Origin: the human T2T-CHM13v2.0 reference genome, Homo sapiens
NCBI RefSeq assembly: GCF_009914755.1
Contig: NC_060931.1
DNA length: 64,000 nt
Reading direction: 5' to 3' (one strand)
In this document: in pieces, positions 13,916 through 28,240 of the stretch
How positions within the stretch are numbered: the stretch's first letter is position 1
How the letters are laid out: each line of letters opens with the position of its first letter
Translations under genes and position numbers: made by a program
Notes under the pieces: model-generated
The model's input: only the letters and a program-made list of their open reading frames with translations
Told to the model about the DNA's origin: nothing
The model's database searches: none

Positions 13916-15186
13916 CTGAAAAAAAAAAAAAAAAAACCTATCAGTTCTTAAGTTAACAAGCAATGATGTCAGACAGTGCTAACAAAGCTGTTCACTTATG
14001 GGGAAGCAAATAAAGTTTTAATTTTGAATACTAATATTTGCTTTACTAAATATTTTTGCTCGAGATTTCAGAGAATTGGCTTGTTTAGTTTTTCAAGCTA
14101 AGTGAATTTTAAAATGTCCCTATTTTGGACAATATACATTTGATAGGGTAACTTTAGGAGAGAAGGAATAAAATGTCCCATTCTTGTAAAATATGCCAGT
14201 CCAGGAATTAACCACTAGAATTGCAATGGAATCTACAAGATTGCTATTAGGAGGCAGAGACACTACCTACATTTATTTGAGATCTATTAGTATCTGTCAG
14301 TGTTTCACAGGCAGCTTCTCTGTTTGATGTGGGTCCAAAGAACCCGTGCAAAATATATCTTAAGTGCCACTATTCATGCTGCATAAGAGTATTTGTTGAT
14401 TCATCTTAAAGCAAAATTTCAAAATTAACTTCAAAATTAATAGGAACTTACTTGTCCCAAGATTTGATGTGATTTAATCATTTGTCTTTCCCTCTCCACC
14501 CTACCCCCCATTTCTGGCAAATCTTTTAAGCCCACATGATTATTAAAATGGTTAATGTAAATATTGGACAGGGAAACACACCCAGAGGAATAATGCACTT
14601 GCATTTGTAAACCTTGGCTGCCTGGATTCAAATGAATATAACATGAACCTGTATTTCTTGGGCAATTAAGCCTTTCCCATTTACACTGATAACCTTTGTT
14701 GCAAATCACAAGTGGCTGCTTTTTAAAACAAAATGCACATTGTCTCGCAGGTGCCTGGACCACACCAGGGAAATCGGCTTCCTCTGTTATTCCCACCAAG
14801 CGTGTTTCTTTTGCCACTTCTCACTGGCCCGGAATATGCTGGTGGAAGCCCAGGCAAAACTGCGTTCGATGATTTTAATTTCCCCACCGGTACATCCTCG
14901 GGTAAATACCGATCGCATCATGCAACATTACGAAACCTGAAATCCGCCACCCCTGGATTTATAATGGGGGGAGGGTGGAGGAGGGGGAGAGGGAGAGAGA
15001 CATGCATTACATACGCGAAGATGGGGAGAGAGATTGCTTCTGTGCTGCAAAGGAACCGTTCCCGGTGATTCGCAGTCTGATATTCCTCAGTCTTGTAAGG
15101 CTTTCCAGAAATGGAGCTCTCAGTAAGCCCTACTGAAGATGCATTGTCTGAATGTACTTCCATTATGCAGTTTATTGTCACAAAAC

Positions 15187-15233
15187 ACATACACACACAC
15201 ACACACACAGAGACACACACACACACACACACA
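15187..15233. repeat. Interrupted (CA)n microsatellite
   Basis: (CA)n-GAGA-(CA)n visible in the sequence. Confidence 0.95.
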
Positions 15234-15383
15234 ACCTGAGGGAGGGCTCTTTCTCGGTGAACCTGCAGTTTCATCAACACTGTGCATTCCCCCACATCCC
15301 CCAAACTTAACCAAGAGTATATCCTCCTACCTGTTGGTGTTGGATATCCCGACAGACTATAGCTTCTTTCTATAAATTGCTGA

Positions 15384-15453
15384 TTTTTTTCTTTTTTTCT
15401 TTTTCTTTTTTTTTTTTTTTTTTTTGTTTTTTGTTTTTTTTTTTTTTTTTTTT
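15384..15453. repeat. 70-nt poly(T)-rich tract (A-rich on the GPR85 strand)
   Basis: Visible in the sequence, with no adjoining Alu or L1 body. Confidence 0.95.
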
Positions 15454-15469
15454 GCCTTAGTGCCTTGAC

Positions 15470-15890
15470 TGAGCATCCAGGCAGGGCTCGGCGGCGCCTG
15501 CGCGCTGGAGCCTCCTTGAGCTCCAGCCGCGTCCTCCCCTGTCGCAGCGGCACCGTCTCCCCCAGTAACGCAGGGGCCGCGGCGGCGGCGGCTGCGGTGG
15601 CGAGGGCGGCGGCGGGGCTGCTTCAGCCTCTGTGGAACCAGCAGGAACCCCTACCTGACTCCAGAGCTGGCTGGGTTTATTGACTGCCCTGTCCAATCCA
15701 ACTGGCAGCATTAAGCTTTTGTCCCTTCGTGGCTGCTTCTGAACTTTTCCCTCCCCGCATTTGTAGTGGGGGGCTGGAAAGGCCCTTTCAGGACCTCAGG
15801 CCCATCCTCTTCCCAAAGGCAGCGCACGAGGAAGTCACAGTGCCCGTGACGCCCGCCCCCTCCCTCAGCTTCCCGGAACCCTAACCTTCC
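15470..15890 (-). promoter_or_regulatory. GPR85: GPR85 CpG island / promoter region with interrupted (GCG)n tract
   Basis: Sharp rise in GC and CpG content about 1.7-2.1 kb upstream of the ATG, with GCG repeats at about 15579-15615. Minus-strand donor-like sites end exons at 15655 (CAG|GTAGGG) and 15331 (CAG|GTAGGA). Confidence 0.85.
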
Positions 15891-18374
15891 CCAGACACTT
15901 TCTTCCCTTTTCTTTTAGGGTGGTCCAAACCACCGGAGGCTTCTTTTATATATATATTTTTAAGTGATGTCTCCAGCTAACCTTTAAATTTGCAGGTTAG
16001 CTGGAAAAAGACAAGAAAAGAATGGGAAAAAAGAAAAAAAGTTATTTATTTATTTATTTATCTTTTTCCCACAGTTAAAAATCTTTTCAATGGGGAAGAA
16101 GGGAAGGCACGTTAGGGCAGCTCTCTCTTTGTTAGTCGTCTTCTATTCTCCAATGCACGCAAATATGCGTAAAAGTAGGGAGAAAGCTAAGTTCAGAGGA
16201 CAACTACAATATGATTTACATTCAGTCTACCTTAAAGGATGTCACTAAAGAATCAGGCTTATAAAATGTTTAAACGACTATTCCTGGCATTCCACCCCAC
16301 CAAGCAACAGTATTCCTTTTCCCTTCTTACAAGTTCCGCTGACCAATGATGGGTGATGTCAAAGCAGTTATGTGTACGAGTTTCCTTTTTTCCCCTTTGT
16401 TATTACAGATGAAAAATACTAGAAATATAACAAATACGTAAAACTTACACCAGTCCAAACGGTCGGATGATACCACAGACACCACAAAGCCTGACACGTG
16501 GGTGCTTAGGAATGCCTCTAGAATCATGCATTTTCTTATTTTACCATTTCCGAAGAGTTTTGTTTGTGGAGGTGATATAAAATTTTAAGCAACAACTTCC
16601 CAGTTCTCCTACCCAAAACTAGCAGACACGCTTTCATTAATTCCCAATGTAAAACGTCTGCTTCTTTTTCTGCATGCTTTTTGCTTTATAATAATCTGTT
16701 AATGAAACAAAAAATAAAAATCTTCTCTACAGTAATAATCTGATCTTGAGACAGCAGTAAAATACCTCATTGCTGGGTGGTGAGATTGTGACATTCAGGG
16801 GAACTCAGGCCAATCAGCATACAGATAATATGGGTTAATTTACATACTGTATTTCTATTGGATGAGCCGAGGTAAAGCCTTATCTTGATGTCACAGTCGT
16901 TACACAAAGCCCTATGTTGGTAATACTGAAATGATGTTAAATTTCCCTGATTTGTTCTTGAATTTCCTACGTCCATTTAAATACATGGATAATAGTTTGT
17001 TTTTTTCGAAAAGAATATACACAAGGCACTAAACTTTGGCATTCCCTTAACCTAGAAAAATCAATCCTACAGCCATGCTGGAAGTAACTTGAGGGCATTT
17101 CCATTCAAATAAAACATTCCACTTTTTGCAAAGCAAATGAATTCAAAACTCAAAACCATGTGGTGGTTTGCAACTTCTAAGTAAAATGTCAAATTCGTTT
17201 TTATGAAACTACAAATCACTTCAACTTGTGCTTTTTTGCTTCCCAATAAATGCTTCAATGTACTTTGCAAAGAGTTATTTCCTGAATTTTTACAGTTTTA
17301 AAAAATGTATGGAATAAGAGGCTTAAGTTTGCTGAAGATTCATGATTGGTCAGATGTTAGGTTGTACAGATTAGGGAAAAGCTATTTTAAAGTAAATTAA
17401 AAGAGTCACTGCACTGCCAGGCCATGAAGCAGTAATATACTCTGCCAAAAGTTATAGGGCCAAGATCCAAGGGTTTTAACTAGTCTTATTCTTTAAGCAG
17501 ATATTGATTCCTTAAAAATAAGGGAGAGGGTATATGTGTATGCAATATTCTTTCATATCCACATCTCAGGGTATAGTAAAGCTATTTTTTTCCTTTGCAG
17601 TTGAGCACAGTTACATCCACTAATTCTTCAGCTTTTCCAGCTGTTGGATAAGAATGTCATTTTCTTGCCTCACAAGGGGACTCAAGAAATTAATGAGATA
17701 TTTTCTATCTAGCTCATTAACTCTACTGGAGAAAACATTGGAAGCTACATCTTTCATCAGCAGGGCTTTAAAAAATATGTTTAATAGCTGACAAAAGTTT
17801 CATATCATCTACAAGTTCTCAAATGTAAAGTTATTGCTTCAAATTGTTTAGATCATAGGCTTAATTGGTCTTAACTAATTTCTTTTTTTTTTATCCCCTA
17901 CATCACCAAACCCAGAAAATTTGATTTTCAGGTTAAGAGTAAAAGAACAAAGCAAATACAACAAAACTATATGCTCTAATCCTTGGGTTTGAAGGGTTCT
18001 GAAGATTTACAAACTGTTGGAATATTACATGTACTATATTGATCAGTGTATTAGGAAAACTGATATAATTTGCTTAATTTGGTTCTTATAAAAAGTACAT
18101 ACCATTTTATTTTAAAAACCAATGACCTTGCTTTCAAAATTAATCTATTTCAGATTTTTGCCAACTGATGCATAGTATCATGATCAGCAAAAACAGTGTT
18201 TTTTTCTGTGCATTGTTTACATGAAAGTGTGTGTCAGGAAATAACACTTGGTAATTGCAGAGAATAATAGACTAGAATAAACATTCTAAATAAAAGATTT
18301 TTAGTAATTCATTTCAAATGACATGTCTTCTGCTTAAAGCATAAAACGTGTGTCTTTGGTGCTCTCAACTGTTA

Positions 18375-20552
<2,178 letters not shown>

Positions 20553-21159
20553 AAAACTTTAGCTATCTTGGTAAGAAAGGCTCTCATTGGGGGTTTTTGC
20601 ACAGAAACACTTTCTGATTGATTATTTAAAAAAAAATCACCAACCTGGAATAAGTGACCAATAGAAAGAGAGATTATACATCTCCCTTTTTTGATAATGG
20701 TTTTCATGTCTTAGTTGATAATGGTTTTCACATCTTAATTGCTGCAGAAAGTGACCTTTTTCACAGTGACATCTAAGTAACTGAAAGTTTTTAGGGCATT
20801 ATATTCATCTCTTTGAGGAGCAGAATGGTGAAATAATATGCTAGACAAATCATGACTTGGGAGTTGGGAATAACTATAATTGTGAACATCCCAAACAGTG
20901 AAATTTTTTCAGAATGTTAATGAGTTTTTAAAAGATTAAAAATCTGGCATGTTTCTTTCCAAAATGCTAGAAGGTTCATTTGTTAGACTTTTCTCTCTGC
21001 TCTGCCCCATAACAGGTTCCAAAGTGTTAATGTAATTCATTTTTAATTTTAAAGTTAACTGCCAGGCTTTTGAAAACTCAGCAGTTTGCCTTTTCTTCTT
21101 CCCTTTATGTTGACAATTTCCTCCTCTCAGAAAACTTTAAGACTTGTTCCTTTGTTCAA

Positions 21160-21995
21160 TTTATTTAATAAATATTTCTTGAGCTCCTCCTACTCTGTAT
21201 GAGGCACTGTGCTAGACCTTGCAAGAAATAAGAAATCGGGAGGTAGGACCAGTTTACAGGTGGACACGTCACAGTAGGGAAAGCCTGAACTGATGGAAGT
21301 GGAGCAGGAAAAATGAAGAGAAGCAAAGTAAGAGGAGCCATATTTCTTATGGAGTAATTGGCTCAGGGAAGCAAAGGAGATCAAGGGGTAAGAACAGACT
21401 CTCAGGTTTGGAACTTGGAGAAGAACTGGGAGGCAGAAGACACCATTAACCAGAGGAAACAAAAGTTAAAAAGGAAGGAGCTGGTTTGGTAAGGAAAAGA
21501 GTGAGTTAATTTTAGACATGCTGAATGTGAAATGCTGGTGGAATATTCAAATGTTGATGTGTTATACTTAGTTGGAAGTGAAGAGCCCAAATTCAGAAAG
21601 TACTTATAGAGAAACTATTGGGCGGCATTGCCAAGGGAGAGATTGCTGAGAGAGAAGAAGGTTGAGGTTAAATAGATAAACAAGTATGCCCATTCCCCTC
21701 CATCTGAACAAACCAAAAAACAAAGAGAATGCCTACATATAAGAAACAGGAAGATCATGGAAGAACCAGACATAAAACAAACCAAAAGAGGAGGATCATC
21801 TATGTTATAGACCCTGAGGGAGGAGAGAATTTCAAAGAAGGAGTGGTCATCAGTGTCAGTTGTGACTCGGAGATTTAGAAGAAAAACACATAAGAAGATA
21901 TCCTTGGATCTGGGGATGATGAAAATCATTAGCAATCTTTGAGAAAGCAGTTTCAGAAGAGAAAGTCAGACTATAAGGGATTAACAAGTGAGGGA
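21160..21995 (-). mobile_element. L2 fragments
   Basis: Purine-rich degenerate L2 motifs (TTTTAGACATGCTGAATGTGAAATGC, GAGAAAGCAGTTTCAG). Similar patches occur at about 38780-39450 and 60230-60840. Confidence 0.55.
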
Positions 21996-24900
21996 CACAG
22001 GCTTAAAGGCTTATGAGGTCAGGCTAAGAAACTATTTTGTCATTAATGACAGCACTGTCTCAGTGATAAAGGTTTGAGTGAATTCTCTTGATGTTTTATG
22101 AACAAAGTGATGGTTATTTAAATAAATACAGCATGGTTTCTTCTTCTGGAAGTCTTTAAGCTCTTTTTATATTACACATTACTGAAATGTGACCCTGTGA
22201 ATGAGAAGAGCAAATGCAAGTTTTCCTACTAGTGCCTGGTAAAACTTTAGAGCTTAGAGGAAAAGCCCTTTTTCTGTTAAAATATTCTAAATTGTCTCAT
22301 TCAGCTTTGCCTTTTTTTTTTTTAAGATGCAGTTAGCCTCAACCATGTAAAACAAAAAAGTGACCCCCACATGGGTATGTCATGGGTGTGAATGTGTGTG
22401 CATGTGAATGTATTGGAAGGGTAGGTGGGAAGAAGAAGCAAGTGTTGGTAAAATAATTAAGAAATAGGAAGTTAATTTAATATTGAGGTTAATGGAGAGT
22501 CACACATATCTTACATGCATTGTAAATTTTCATGAAATAAAAATGCAATATAATTTTTAAAACTCTAGAAGTATGAAGTATTTTTTCTTTGACTATTCAG
22601 AGGTTATCTCAGTCATACAGTGCATTAGGACCATTATTATGAGCATGTGTTATATGATATGAGCAGATTATGGTTATTTAAGCTTTTGTGGTGTTCAGCT
22701 TTTTGACAAATGAACGTAATTAAAACATGGCTGAAAGTAAAGGATCTAAGATAAGTAAAGTTATCTTAGACTCTAATTAAAGAGCTTCTCATATTGACTA
22801 ACCAAACTTGCATTCTGTTTAGTCGTTCCACTTTCATTTCTCTTATTTTTTTTTAAACTTTACAACTTAACCCTATAAAATAAAAACAAAGACAAAACTA
22901 AAATTCCCACCCCTCATAAATATGGTTACTACTTTAATTTGGTTAACATTTGGTTAAAACAGAAGTATGCTATCATCTGTCTAATTTCACATTAAAAAGG
23001 ACTATATTAAGAATAAGTCCTGGGGGTAGCATTATTTCATTCACTTAATGAATGTTCTAGACTCCATGAGAATATGAGCTCTATTATTTTGTCACTATTC
23101 ATCCCTGGCACATCAAAGATACTGGATACATTTTTGTTCAATGGGAATTTATGACCCTACTACATAAAAAATGCTGTAGTAGGCACTGTTGGGGAGGATA
23201 TAAAAGAGGAAGAAAGACAATGGCACAGGCTCCAACTGGACTCCATATTTTTCTTAATTTCATAAGGTTGGGATAATTATTTGTATGATGGGCAGAAAGT
23301 TTTTTTGGCCAAAGATTTACTCTGGATTTGAGGGAATTTTGTTTGCTTTTTAGCCTTATTACATTAGCGTTTACATAATTCTTTATTTGCTTTACTACTC
23401 AGTAATTTTAAACCATTTTCTAATAAGTTAATGTCTGTCATGCAGATTATGAGCCAAGAGCAGATATTTTATGCCTTGAGCTCATAACCTGGTGCTCAAA
23501 TAGATGACAAAATATCTGCAGCTTTTATCTGGCTTTGGACTTTAATTTGGATCATTAATTTTTTAATAGCCAAAAGGGTGGTGCATCCTGAAAAAAAGAC
23601 CTTAATTTATCAGTACAGAAGTAAAAAGCTCAATAGTATAAAAATAAACTTTTAAATGATGGATACTTTCTGCTCTAATTTTGCCTGTGGATTATTAATA
23701 ATTACCTATAGGACAGAAAGCAAAGGGGTTGAAACAGAAACTGGTTGTTTCTCAGAAAAAGACTGCAAGATGATGTTAATCTTGGGTAAAAATCAGGATT
23801 ATAGTTTATTGCATTTTCTTTGTCCTCCTTTTAAAAGATATTCCTTCCCCTTCTTTACCAAGCATAAATTAGAGCTGAACATAAGAAGTTCTCATATAAA
23901 ATAGTGCTTATTCATCTTACTAATTGAATATAATAAAAAAAAAGCTACCAGCCAAATCACTCTTTAAGTCCTCTAAGCTTGAACACAGTTCAGAGCTGAT
24001 AATAAGATTTTCTAATCTCTGGAACAAGGAAGCACAGAACGAAACCTCCAACAATTCAAAACAGGGCGGCAGCAGCTCACTTTCAGAAGGTAGTAATGAC
24101 TAGGGCTGGGTGATATAATTTCAGCACATAGAATTTGGTTGGGATTGCCTTTCTCCTTTATCTGATCTAGAATCACAGCATCCTGTATTGACAGTTGATA
24201 TGTGATTTATAGCAGTTGTTTTCTGGCATGGCTATAGTTAATGGGCCGTTAATCATTTCTAAGGGATATAAAGAATACTGTTGCATGCACGTATTATGAA
24301 AAATGTGTCTTGTTTATAGAGATTGAAAATACCAAATGCCTTACATCTACAAATTCTATAATCTGTACTTCTAGCTGTTACCCATCATCTCTCTGAATGG
24401 CACTATACTGCATAGTGGTGGGCATGTGAACAAGCTTAGGAGGTGGAGGTAGGAATGGTCCCATGCCCAGGGTTCCAATATGTTTTGACTTGTGCATTTC
24501 ATATCACTTAATCCCGATTGTGATTGTAGAATAAAGGTATGATTCTAACACTTTCAGGATTAGTTTCTAGTTGTTTGGGCAAACAGTTGTCTAGGTAAAC
24601 TGAAAGGCAGTAGTCCAGGTAAAAAACTGGAAGGCATCCGGGTAAATGACCTATCCTCTTGTGAGAATTCTGAATGTGGAAATTTCTGGCAATTTTAATT
24701 AGTCTGGTGCCTCCTCCAGTTACTATGGGGGTGTGGTGTGCAGCTCCAGGACTGCTATCATTTTGTTTTTACTTGTATTAAATCCTTCAACAACCACAGG
24801 TCTTTGTAAGCTCCAACTTTTTTCTAGCAGGTTTCTTCTAAGGGAGCCATGGGTCTTTTGCATTTCTTTCATAGTAGATCCGATCAGTTAATTAAAAACA

Positions 24901-25234
24901 ACAATTCCATCACATAAAATTTAAAATTTCCTCTCAGGCATTCACCAGTTCAGGAATGTTCTGTATACAGGTACAGTTGTATATGCTGCATAGCATTATA
25001 TAAAATACTTTCACATACATTGGCTCTTCTACATGTAAAACATTTATGCTTGAGTCAGGGACTAAGACCCAGTTGGTCTGCAGACTCGGGCCAGAGAGTG
25101 TTTTCCACTACACCAGGCAGCTCTTCAGCAGTCAGCCTCCAATAAGCAAAGTCAGAACATTGTGTGATCTGCTCTCCACTTACAATCTAAACAGTTCTAA
25201 AATTTGATTTTAAAAGGCCCTTAGAATGGCTCTT

Positions 25235-26092
25235 AACAACAAGATGAGTGATAACTAGTATTGGCAAGGATGTGGAGAAAAGGGAGACCCTGTATACTGT
25301 TAGTGGAGATGTAAAGTGGTACAGCCATTTTGGAAAATAATATGAAGCTTCCTTAAAAAACTAAAAATAGAATTTCCATATCATCCAGCAATCCCACTTC
25401 TGGGTATATATCCAAAGGAATTGAAATCAGTATGTCCAAGAAATATCTGTACTCCCATGTTCATTTCAACATTATTCACAATAGCCAACCTATCCATCAT
25501 TGTGAATGAATAGACAAAGCTATTACTTCCTTTGATGGAAGCAACGTATCCATCACTGTGGATAAATATATGAAGAAAATGTGGTATATATACACCATGT
25601 AGTAATACACAATCTTAAAAAATAAAGAAATTCTGTCTTTTGTGACAACATAGATGGAATTGGAGGATATTATGCTAAGTGAAATTAACTAGGCACAGAA
25701 AAATAAATACTGTGATCTATTTGTGGAGTCTAAAAAAGTCAATCTCGCAGAAACAGAGAGTAGAACAGTGGTTACCAGAGGCAATGGATGGCAGGGAGAA
25801 GGATGGAGAAAGGGAATATGTTAATCAAAGGGTACAAAGTTTCAGTTAGACTGGAGGAAAATGTTTTACTGACCTATTGCAATGCAGGTGACCACAGTTA
25901 ATAATAATGTATTGCATATTTCAAAATTGTTAAAATAGATTTTTTATGTTCTCATCACAACAAAAGATAAATTAGTGAGGTGACTAATATGTTGATTAGC
26001 TTGATAGACTCTTTCTATAATGTATACATAGATCAAAACATCCCATTATACCCCATAAATATAGACGATTATTGTTTGTCAATTTAAAAAAA
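25235..26092 (+). mobile_element. Old L1M (L1MA/L1MB-like) ORF2 3' end and 3' UTR fragment
   Basis: GGCAAGGATGTGGAGAAAAGGGA, ATCCAGCAATCCCACTTCTGGGTATATATCCAAAGG and GGGTACAAAGTTTCAGTTAG motifs, with an A-rich end. Confidence 0.85.
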
Positions 26093-26729
26093 TCCTTATC
26101 AAAAACATATAAAAGGCACGCTTTTATCTTGGGGATCTTCAAGACGTCATTTTCCAGTTAAGGATTGTTTATTCCATTCATGCGCTGTTGATTTCTGTAA
26201 ATTCTAATGGGAGTTAAAGCACATAAATCCTTGGCACTTAGTTGAAAGACTAGAAATCATGCAGCAGCAGTACTTTTGTGTATAGTCTACTTGTTCTCCA
26301 CTCTATAAATGGTTTGTTTTTTGTGCCATCTGGCATCAAATAGGTGAGATTCTTGCTGGAGTTTCATGATGAGTCTTACTACTACAGAAGAACATACATA
26401 ACTTGACATTTGGTGAAGAGATGGACTGAATTTTTGATCCTACTCACAAACTATGTTCAAAATAGTGTTTTAGTAAAAAGTCAAGGAAGTTGGATTGATG
26501 CATGCCAACATCACCCTTGAAGTTGTGTATGTATATACACATATGCTTGATATTTAACTTGCTGTCTCTGTAATTTTGATACTGCATAGCTCCAAGAAGA
26601 CAAGATCTGAGTCTGGGTTGACTGTCTTTGTGTCCCTGTTCCTATAGTAGTGCCTGTTACAAGGTAGGCATTCAGCAATTATTAGTGGAATAAATGAATG
26701 AATGTTTCCATTTTAAAAAATTATCATAG

Positions 26730-27022
26730 GGCCGGGGGTGGTGGCTCATTCTTGTAATCCCAGCACAAGGTAGGAGTGTAGCTTGAGGCTGGTAGTTCAA
26801 GACCAGCCTGGGAAACATAGTAAGACCTCGTTTCTACTGAATAAAAATAAAATAAATAAAATAAAAAAATTAGCTGGGCACAGTGTCACACAGCTGTAAT
26901 CTTAACTTTACTCCACAGGCTGAGGTGGGAGGATCCCTTGAACCCAGGAGTTCAAGGTTGCAGTGAGCTATGATGGTGCCACTGTATTCCAGCCTAGGCT
27001 GCAGAGTGATACCGTCTCATCA
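26730..27022 (+). mobile_element. AluJ-like element
   Basis: Diverged dimeric Alu with a (TAAAA)n linker. TSD AAAAAATTATCA(T/C)A at 26715-26728 and 27023-27036. Confidence 0.9.
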
Positions 27023-27957
27023 AAAAAATTATCACAATTAAAAATTAAATGACTCTTTTGAATCTATTTCTCCTAATAAATCTTCAAGCACTTACGCATC
27101 TTTGAAAATAAATTAAAAAATAATCTCTGCCTTCCCTTCAGGAGCTGTACCATATATTATGATTGAAATCTTTTTTCTCACAGTATGTCCACATACTTCT
27201 AAAGGACAATATGTTATAGAAAGCCTCAAGTCAACCTAGTAACTATGCAGTATCAAAATTATTGAGAAAGCAAGTTAAATGCCCAGCATGTGTGTATATA
27301 CACAAGTATTGGGTGAGGTTAACATCAATCCTGAGCTTTTTTGACTTTTTACTAAAACTTCACTTTGAACACAGTCTGTAATAGAATAAAAAAGTATGCA
27401 TAGTAGACCAACTTACTGAAACACTAGAGTGAAAAGGTGTGAAAGCTGAACTTATATCTACTTTGGCAGGACTTGAACTTGGTAATGACCATCAAGCATT
27501 GCCTAGATTTGTTGACTTTTAGAGCTGAACCGTTACTCATATGCGCCTAGTTGTAATGATTTATAAATTAATTTTACATGTATTATTTCATTGGATTATA
27601 ACCTCATCCTTTAAAGTATCATTCTCCTTTCAATGTAATGAAAACCAAGTTGAGAGATATGAATAATTAATAGTTATATGGTACTATTAATATGACAGGT
27701 TTTGTTCTTCACATTTATTATTTCATTTTCACAAAACCTTATAAGGTAGGTTTTATGATTCCATTTTACTGAAGAGAAAATTCATTTTATGTGAGGCACA
27801 CAGAGATGTAATAACTTGCTAAGGTCAATGGAAAAGTTAGCGTTTGTGCTAAGTGACCTACCTAAAGAAATTATAAAACCAGAAACTTGATTTAGGTTTT
27901 TCTGACACTAAATATTATGTGCTTTCAGTATGCCACAGTGCCTCTAGGGTGTAGATC

Positions 27958-28240
27958 AGCGCTGTCCACAGATATTTAATGTGAGCCATGTATGTAATTT
28001 TAAATTTTCAAGCAGCCAAAATAAAAAAGTAAAGTGAAACAGGTAAAACTAATTTTAATAATTTATTTTATTTAAACCAATATATCCAAATATTATGCCA
28101 AGATATAATTAATACAAAATTATTAAAGAGATATTTTATATATTCTTTTCTCAGTAAGTCTTCAAAAGTCAGTGTGTATCATACAACACTTACAGGACAT
28201 CTTAATTCAGATTAGATACATTTCCAATGCTCCAGCCAGC
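27958..28240. mobile_element. MER33/MER3-like hAT-Charlie DNA transposon remnant
   Basis: CAGCGCTGTCCA terminus and AT-rich internal sequence resembling MER33 from memory. Confidence 0.65.

Noticed and set aside
14918-15553. 211-aa ORF with poly-Lys and VC repeats
   Set aside because: It is a read-through of the GC-rich island, the poly(A) tract and (TG)n. Its composition comes from simple repeats.
22745-22770. 10-bp-stem AT-rich inverted repeat
   Set aside because: It is short and AT-rich enough to arise by chance.
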